A DNA stretch of 64,000 nt from Podarcis erhardii (lineage: Eukaryota), in NCBI GenBank assembly GCA_964252035.1, contig OZ176208.1. One strand, given 5' to 3'. The translations under genes were made by a program, and so were the position numbers. Every line of letters starts with the position of its first letter. The stretch's first letter is position 1. The notes below the pieces were generated by a model, which had not been told where the DNA came from, did not search any database, and saw only the letters and a program-made list of their open reading frames with translations. Positions 52,301-61,300 of this stretch are shown here, one piece after another.

Positions 52301-55300
52301 CAAGCCTGCTGTCACCCACTCACCCCCTCTCCTTTCCAAACTGTCATACAGACAGGAGAAACATTCGCCAAAATTAAAGGTAACAACAATATCTGTTATA
52401 ATATGAAATGCTGCATGCCTTCTCAAAAATGCCTGACATTCGGGAAGCCTGGAGGTTAACCTAATAATTTAAAATCAGATTTGATGGTGACTAACATTTA
52501 ATGACATAAGCATGCAGTCAAGATCAAAACGTTGTAGCACCAAGTATTTAAATATACACCATTCACCAAATACTCCAATCTTCAATACACTGGTGCAATT
52601 GAGCAAAAGTTATGTCACTACTGAAATCAGTGCATCAGAATTAGAACATGCCAAACAATATATATATATAAATCAGCAGAGATAAAATTTTGGCACACAG
52701 AATCATTCATAGTCCTTACTTCCTACAATTTTTCTTGTATATGTCTAGATTTTGATTCCTCCTTAATACTACTAAGACATTTGCTATACAATTTTTTATC
52801 AGTAAGGACTTCATCCAAAGCCCTTCATCCAATCTGCTGGAAAATCACTATTGACTTTTATGGTGTGGACTTTTATCTACTCAGCTGGTATAAACATAAA
52901 TAACTCATTAAAATCCTGAACAGGCTACCTAGCATGCATATGTATTTCTTACTCTTATAGCAAGCATATTCATTCCTATTATTGAGAGCCAAATTACACA
53001 TGCCTGCCTGGCTTCCCAGCCAGTTCTAGGAGTACACAAAGCCAGGCTAGAATTGAGACACCAGCATAGCTGGAATCCCCATACACATGACAACTTACTA
53101 ACTAAGGAGAACGATGGTCTTGGAAGTCCCGATGGGAATGGACAAGTGGAAGAGGCTATCACAGGCCTCAGATACCTTGCCATTCCTACCAGCAAACAGA
53201 TAATTAGACGACTCTCTTTTTGATAACACACCTAGTCTCATAGGAAGGGACTCAGGAGGCCCAGGGCTTCTTGCCAGGTTGGTGTTGTGTCTCATTATGG
53301 AGCACCTGGTTAGACTCGGCCTAGGTTGATACCACTTCCATATTGCTCAATTATAAAGCATGCATAGCAACCCTTCTGAACTCACATAAAGACATTTTAG
53401 AACAAAAGCATACCACACATCTGGAATCATGTGGGAGGAAGGTGTAGCCAATCTGAACTGAAATCTCATTATTCCCTTTCATTGAATTATGCTATTCCTA
53501 CCAACACTGGTCAGCCACTCACAGTGGCACGGTCTATTCACAGATATCCAATCCACCATTGCAGGAATTCCTGCAAGAGAATATTATTCATGCACCGTTT
53601 ATGCTGCTATGAATCCAGTTAGCATTTTAGCCTGTTCTATCATTAGCAGGTACTATAACTGAAACAAGAACTAGTGTAATGGCACTGAGAAATAATAAAT
53701 CATTGCTTTTTGACTAAAAAAAAAAAATCACTTTGTAAGAGTGCTTTTGAATTTTGCAGAAGGAATATGTGACCCACACTGTCTGCTTCAACACTTATTG
53801 GAATGTGCAAAGGCACTCTTAGAATCCTGTAATTGTTTTTGGGTTTTTTTTCACACCCATCTTCTCAGTCAAGCTTTGGAATCTAATTTAAGGAGGCATC
53901 AGCTTCATCTCCCTTTCATATATCACTTCCTCTCTACTTATATTCACTCATGCAAAAGACACATTGAGATGCTTAGAATGCAGGTCAGATTTTCGCAATG
54001 AGCTCCTTTTAATTTCTCGAGAGTTATAATGCCTCAGCTACTAATATTTTCCTCCTAGCTATGAGTGCTGTTTACTTTTGAGGTTGCTCCATTATTAAAC
54101 TTGAAAATGTACAGTGCTGCATTTTGTGATAGGATCTTCTGCCCCAGGTAGACTGGTAGGCATTGCAATTTTTAAGTGCTTGAGGATGGGGGTGGGGTGG
54201 GGGGAGTGTGGCATTAAGGAAAATGATCATCATAGCTTTGCGACACAGTGGATTAACAGATGTGCATGTCTTTTTGCACAAGGGCATTTTGGAGATTTGA
54301 AAGCTGGTTTGTGCAGCTTGCAAGTGAGAATGATATGACAACAGTAAAATTGCCCGTCTAGACTTTTAGATGAATTGACCATGTTTATGGTTTTTCCAGG
54401 CCGATTTAAAGAGAGAGATATTTGTCATCGGCAAACCTCCTCGTAGCCCTGTTATGACAAGGAGATCTTGCAGCTCGCCAGTCAGAGGGCACAGCTATTT
54501 ACATAGGGTATGGTACCATATGGCCCTGATATTGCCAGGTTTCCCCTAGCATAAGGAATTTGGTTTCTCATTGTGAAGTCTGGGGCTCACATGCTTAAGT
54601 AAATTCTCTTTAAAATGGAAAAAGCTTAAAATGGAAAATGGAAAAAATTCTCTTTAAAATGGAAAAAGCTTGAGTGATAAAAGTGTGGAGGCCACAGGAA
54701 GCTGTGCTTGATTTGGACGTTCTGCTGGGGAATTGTAAATTGCAAGTATGTGTGAAACAGCCCTAAAAAGAAGCAATTTCTCTAACCAATCTGTGTTTAA
54801 CTCTCCCTTCCTTCTTAAGTAGTTCCTCTCATTTCTAAGTATCTTACTTATGAGACCATTTGCAAAGGCTAAATAAGAATACCTCATTCGTAATGTCTGT
54901 GTTGCTGTTCCTTGTTTCCAAATGCATGATCGCGCGCACACACACACACCAAAATATTTTGCTGCTATGGCAACATATGTTGCACTCACTTGATGCCATG
55001 CCTTTTCATCACACTGATTCTCTGAGCTGCCATCTGCATCAGCTTTTTCTTGCTTATTCACATTAAGCTGCATCTATACAGTACAATCTCTTACTATAAT
55101 TGTCCATACTCTGTCTTTGAACTGTGTGTGTGATTTCTGCATTTTATGTACAAACCAAATGTTATACATATTTGAATCTAATCGTTTTTGTATACATTAC
55201 AAACTTCATTTATCTGAACTACAAGAGGAGTCAGGGATGATCATGTTTGCATTAAGAGGTTTATGTTTGAAAAAATGTAAGTGTTCTTATAGTGTTACAA

Positions 55301-58300
55301 TCATGTACAGTTACACGGAAAAACTATTGGCTACTTATTTATGAGGCTTAATTGTAAGTAGCAAGGGCCTTTTACCAAGAAAGCTATATTCTTTTCTCAT
55401 CAACCATTTGTCGACCATATGATCCAGAGACTTGATTACTTTACTGTACTCTTGATAGACCCATCTTGAAGACTAGTTAGCGTCTATAATTGGTACAAAT
55501 CATTGCAAGTCCAGTCCTGCAAGTCCAAAGACTACCTTTCTCTCGCATTTAAGATGGAATTGGGTTATACTGATCTGAAAAAGCTCAGACTACATTGTTC
55601 ACTTCATGTCCATCATTTGTGGTCCATTCATAAAATCAGGTTCCACATAAAATCAAACTATGAGACAGTTACATAAATATACCCTAATAGCTGTTCTTTT
55701 GAACTGTGAACTTCAAGTCATGAATCCTAAACCATGGATTCCCTTTTATATTTTGAAAACTTCCATATTTATTTTGTTACACTAAGTCTGCTGGGTATTT
55801 AAGTATGTTTACTTACCTTTCTGTTCAATAAAGGCAGTTTCTTTTATGTTAAAAATATTCAGTTTGTTTTTCAGAACTTTAATTAATGCCAATCCGTGGT
55901 GGGAAATGAAAATTGCTTTTCAGCTTTTTATACTGGCATTGGTTACCATTTTCCCCTTAAAAGGCTACATGTTGATAATTTATCTGCATTCTTTTAATAA
56001 TTTGTTTTTCTCTTTTCTCATTCCCTATGGGATAGTTTATTTTTGTTTTTTTTAAAAAAACCTTCCACAGTCCTCTCAGAACTAGGCAGTATCATTAACA
56101 AACATAGCATGTGGTAGCTGCCAATTAGATATCTGAGAGTACTTTTGCAAGAATGTGGTATTGAGCAATCGTAAGGAATGGCTGCTTATTTGGTCAGTGT
56201 TATTCACACTGATTTGCTTTCTGCTTGTCTGAGGCTGCTTGTTTGGATTAAAATTGTATATTCATTTGTGCATTTTATAGACTAGCAGTATATATGACAC
56301 TTAACAGCTTTCTTTGGCATGGTGATATTTATGCTGATGATAATTAAGGTTGCAAAAGGTGTTAAAGAAATCCTAGCATCTCCTCTTTTCTTTTACGCCT
56401 TGGGGGTTGGTTGGTTTGCTTTGCTTTTAGTTGTTTAATTTATTTGTGAAGCAGACAGCCAGTAAATGAGGCCTGCATCACAAATATCCTACTTGGCTCT
56501 ATGTGCTTCTGCATTGTGACCTTTAGCTATTTGTTAAACTGTTTTTATATGCAGCCTCAGGACCAGTAATATGGGGAGGATTGTTGTTGTTGAGCACTTG
56601 GTGAGCTGTGCATGGTGGTCCTAGGGGTGCAAATTATATAGGACTGTGGAAAGCTATACCTGGATTTGTAACCATTTATACTCTTATTACATTTCAACTC
56701 ATTTCATTTCAGCCACAGCGCCCTGTGTTTGCTCATGAAAATATACACAGTGGGGGGGAACCGTAAGTATTTTAATCTACTAAAGTTTTTATCTAAATGA
56801 CATTGGTAAATTTCTAGTGTGGTTGAGTAGGGAGTATTTGCCATCCCAGAAGCTGTCTACTGAGGCAGCTTGCATCCCATGGCACAGCAGTGCATGGACA
56901 ACATATGTGTAATGATATGGGCGGTGTTGGCTGTCCCTTCAAAACATGCTATCTGCCTCTGACTCTCACCATTGACTCATACATAGACCCATGACCCATA
57001 CTGCCATTCATTAAACGCTCCTAAAACTCAAGAGCTCCTGTTCATGCACAAGAGGCATAATATCAGCATCATCCCTTTCAAAGTGAGTTGAAGTTGGGTT
57101 GTGCACTTTGGTCATGAACATATTAGAGAGCTTTTTCAAAACTCTATGGCAAGGAACAACTCTATGTTGTTATCTTCAGTCAAAGTGATATTGGGTATTA
57201 GGCAAAAGTGGGGAGATGCATGCTGAGCATCGCTGCTGGTTACTGAGAGGCAAAGGGATGAAGTACAGGCTGCTCAGTGCAGTGTGAGCACAATGGCAAA
57301 GCCAATCTGCCACTGCATCTACACCACACTGAGCTTCCCCTGCCCCTCCCCATCTCAATAACCAGCAGCAACACCTGGCACTAGGAAGCTAGGTGAGCAA
57401 TGCACCACCTCACTAGTACTGTTAGCAGGGCTGGAAAAACTCTCTGAATGAGACCTTGGAAAGCTGCTCTGCCAGTCAGGAGAAACTGTACTGGCTAGAT
57501 GGACCATTGGTCCAGCTAAGTAGAAGGCAACTTCATTTTTTGTGAAAATCTAGACAGACTTCATTTGCACATAACAATGCCAGTGGAAGTTGTGCAAGTT
57601 GTGTAGCTGGTGTATTGCATCATTTTATTCAGTTGCCGAAAGCTTTCCTTTTATAGCTCCTTTGGAGTGTTAAAATCTGAACATATATCACCATTACTGA
57701 AAACAACTTAACAGTTGTAGTTGAAATTCAAGCACACACAAGTAAATGTCATGCTAATTAAGTTGTTACACTGAATATTCTGGCACCTCTTAGTGGTGAC
57801 AGGCAACTTACAAATTACTGATCAAATTCACTTTTGGCACTTGATGCAATTTTAATCTCAGAAATGAGTTCTATTTCCAATTATGATGGGAAGTGAATTA
57901 GCTTATGAGATTTATACATAAATACCTCCTTTGTTGATGTGTTGGACATAGTACTTAAAGTAGGAAAAAGTCAAGAGTTAGCCTGCAAATGGTGTAGAGA
58001 GGGGGAGCTTTTGTATACCAACTGCTTAGAACCACAAATGGGGAGAGTGCTGTTGCACTCAGATGCTTCTTGCAGGCTTCCTATAGGTTTCTGGTTGACC
58101 ACTGTGAGAACAGAATGAGCCTTTGTTCTGACTTGGCAGGGCTCTTCTTATATTCTGGAAAGAAGACATGACTGGTTGTTCCTGTTCAACATTCTCGCTA
58201 GTCGGTCAATAATTTCTAACAATGAAGCATAAGATCTGAACACTCAGTATATTAGATCTATTTTACTTAGTTACTGCACAACCCTGTAACTCTTCTTACA

Positions 58301-61300
58301 GCATAGTAATAACAGCAGACAATAAAAAGAATGCCAGTGCACAATCCATCACAGTTGGGCACATTTCAGTCCATTAAAATTTAAATTCTCCAGAATCCCA
58401 GGATGGGACAGCCTTACTAGGGCTCCTTCCTATATACACATGCACCTTTATCTTTTAAGGACTGCATGAGCTCTCGCATCACTTGTGTGATGCAGCAAGA
58501 GAGGACTCAGTGGACATAGGTCTGGTGCTGTCACAGGCACAAACCAATAGGTGCCTTGCCCAGTTCACATTTCATCTGGCATTGGCAGATTGCTGAGATG
58601 AACTAAGGAGAGGTGGTAGGGAGAATACATTTGTTTTCCCTAAGGAACAAAGTATTACAAGTTTATCTTTAAGAAATGTAGTATCCACACAATAGATACT
58701 ATGGCTTGGCCCTAAGGAAGTTAATTTAAGTAACTTCATGGAAGGAAACATTCCCTATCCTCATTTTCGCCATGCAGTCAATTATGCCCCCTGAAAGGAT
58801 GGGCTAGGGAGTGTCAGGAGTCAGAATTAAGCGCAGGTCAGCAATAAAAAACATGGTGTCAGTGCAGTTAAGTCTTTATTCAAAGAAACCAAAACAGTGC
58901 AGGCCTAGTGATCCCAGCAACTCTTCCCTAGGCTTGGGCAATATATCACCCAGGACCGATATGAGGGTAAGACTGTGATGGTGGTTTCACTCAGCGGTAT
59001 ATTGCTAGTGAAACCACCACAGTTCCTGAGTCCCTCTGCTACTAGCACAGAAAGGTAGCAGGCAGGACAGCTTGTTCCTCCCTCCTTTTCTTTAAATTGC
59101 TTGGCTGAGGAGCACGTGGCTGCCCTCACCTCAGCCAAGCAGTTTTATGTAGCCCCCAACCTGCCACCAGCTGGCACGAGCCAGTGGTGGGGTGGGGGCT
59201 CCGTTAAACTGCTCCTGCTCCCCAGCTGAGGAAGCATTCTTCTACTTGCACACAAGTAGGAGGATTAGGGATCTCAGGCTGATGTGTGCAAATAAGACCC
59301 CATCATTCTAGCATGTGCATGCGCTGGATGAACAGATTCTGCTTCATGCTGCCTGGCTGAAAGGGCCGTGCCAGCAAAGGCAAAGGGAGCCCTGATGACG
59401 GAGCCTGTCAGGTTCAGTCTCAGCACTCCTTCCATCTTCAGGCAAGGAAGGGGGAGAGCAAGCAGCCTCTTTCTCTGAGGAAAAGGAAGCCACTTCCCTC
59501 CCCCCCCCCACTCCTTGCCAGCAAAGCTGAAGGAGCCCTGCAAACAGAGCCTGTCAGGCTGTGTTTGCAGGGCTCTCTCCATCTTGGGGAGTTGAGGGCT
59601 AGCTCAGCTGGTGGGTGGGAGCCTTCGTGCTGAGCAGCGGGCTGGGGCCAGCTGCATTCACCCCAGCCTGCAAAGCCCTGGGGTAAAAGCACCTTAGTCC
59701 CTGCACAGTGAGAGCTGAAGCGGTTTCACCCAGGGTCTCACAGGCTGGGGCCAACGCAGCTCTTTCAACATAGCGATATATCGCCAAACTGTGATGTTTG
59801 GCTGGTGATACACTGCAATGTTGAAAATCTAATACTGCCCAGCCCTAGTCTTGCCCCAATCAAACAGCTATGAGGACTGAAGGTCCTCACCTTTCCACCA
59901 CTTTCTAAGGCTCCACCTCTGCAGGGTCTTCCCCAAGCAGTCACAAACTGTGTCTGCACAAAACCAATCTCCATTCTTTTCATTTCTCTGCATGTTCTAG
60001 GATACTAGGGGGAGGGGAGCTGGTCACAAGAGGAGGGGTGTCTCCCTCAACTCTGCCTCTTGCCCAACCTCCTTTTCAGCCTCAGAGTCAGAACTTCTCT
60101 CTGCCACAGCCTCTTCCTGCTCACTAAACTCTGTTTTCTGCTTTGAACACCACCTCCCCCCAGTCTGCTCCTCCTCCTCCCTCGGACCACTCATTGTTGT
60201 CCCACCACCAATCCCCTGGCTCTGGGGGTTCCCCAGGTGGTGCCTCCCACCACTCCTCTGCATCCAGCCAGTCCATGAGAGGGAGCTACTGGGGGAGGGG
60301 TGGGAAGCATCCCTTCCATGAACTAACTTATATTCAAATCCAAGTTTTGGATAACTCTTCCTCCTTCGGTAGGCCTCCCCACACACACATATACAAACTA
60401 CTCATCCCACATTGTTCAAGAGAGTCCCCTGATTCTCCAGATAGACTTTGGTGGGTGCAGGTAGTCACAGAGATTAAGGGACAGGGAACTTCTGTGACCT
60501 TGGTGAAGTTAACTTACCTTAGGATCCAACCTCTGTGGAAAGATGTCTAGATTCCCTTGGCAAATTAGTAAACAACTGCCTGGTTATTATATGAAAATAC
60601 AGTCATGTACAAGAGAATGGGAAGGAAGATATCGGGAAATGATCAGAGCTTAACTGTAGCTGATTGACAAGCTAACCAAATAAATAGTAAGTTAGAATAA
60701 TTTGCATTTCTATAGAATATTCAAGTGCTCAAAGTACTCCATATGCATAATGAGTTGTAGTCTCTACAACAACCTGTAAGCAACCTATTTTTAACTTCAA
60801 AGGACTATTATTTAACAAGCTTTTCCAGCTAAGTAAAAATGAAAGCTGCTCAATTTTTTTTCTTTAAATGCATCCATTTGTCCTGTTTAAGGTTTCAGGT
60901 TCTGTATAACTATACTCCTAGGAACGAAGATGAATTGGAGCTCAGAGAGGGAGATGTCATTGATGTGATGGAAAAATGTGATGATGGATGGTTTGTGGGT
61001 ATGTTAATTTTTAATTTAGTAGTGCTCTAGGATATATGTGCTACCTCAGAGATTGCATAGCAGGATACTCTCAGTACTTTGTGGCTGGCAAATCAGACTT
61101 CATGAGATACCTGCAGTGACACTAAACGTGTTAGAATCTTTTCAAAAACCTTTGGTATGAATTGTATCACACTGTTTAGAAAGAATGTGGCAAGCATTAA
61201 TTCCTTCACACACATAATGCATATCATCCCCTTACCCAGAGTTCTGCAGATGCTGTAAAGCACGCATGGAGCTTGCACAAAGGGCCAGCTCCAAAAAATG

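Noticed and set aside
52264-52379. Shorter version of the 195-nt exon using the cag at 52261-52263
   Set aside because: In phase 0 it hits TAA before the donor; the upstream acceptor at 52184 gives a clean frame.
60024-60386. Acidic 120-aa minus-strand ORF
   Set aside because: Lies mostly in the purine-rich solo LTR; compositional artefact.
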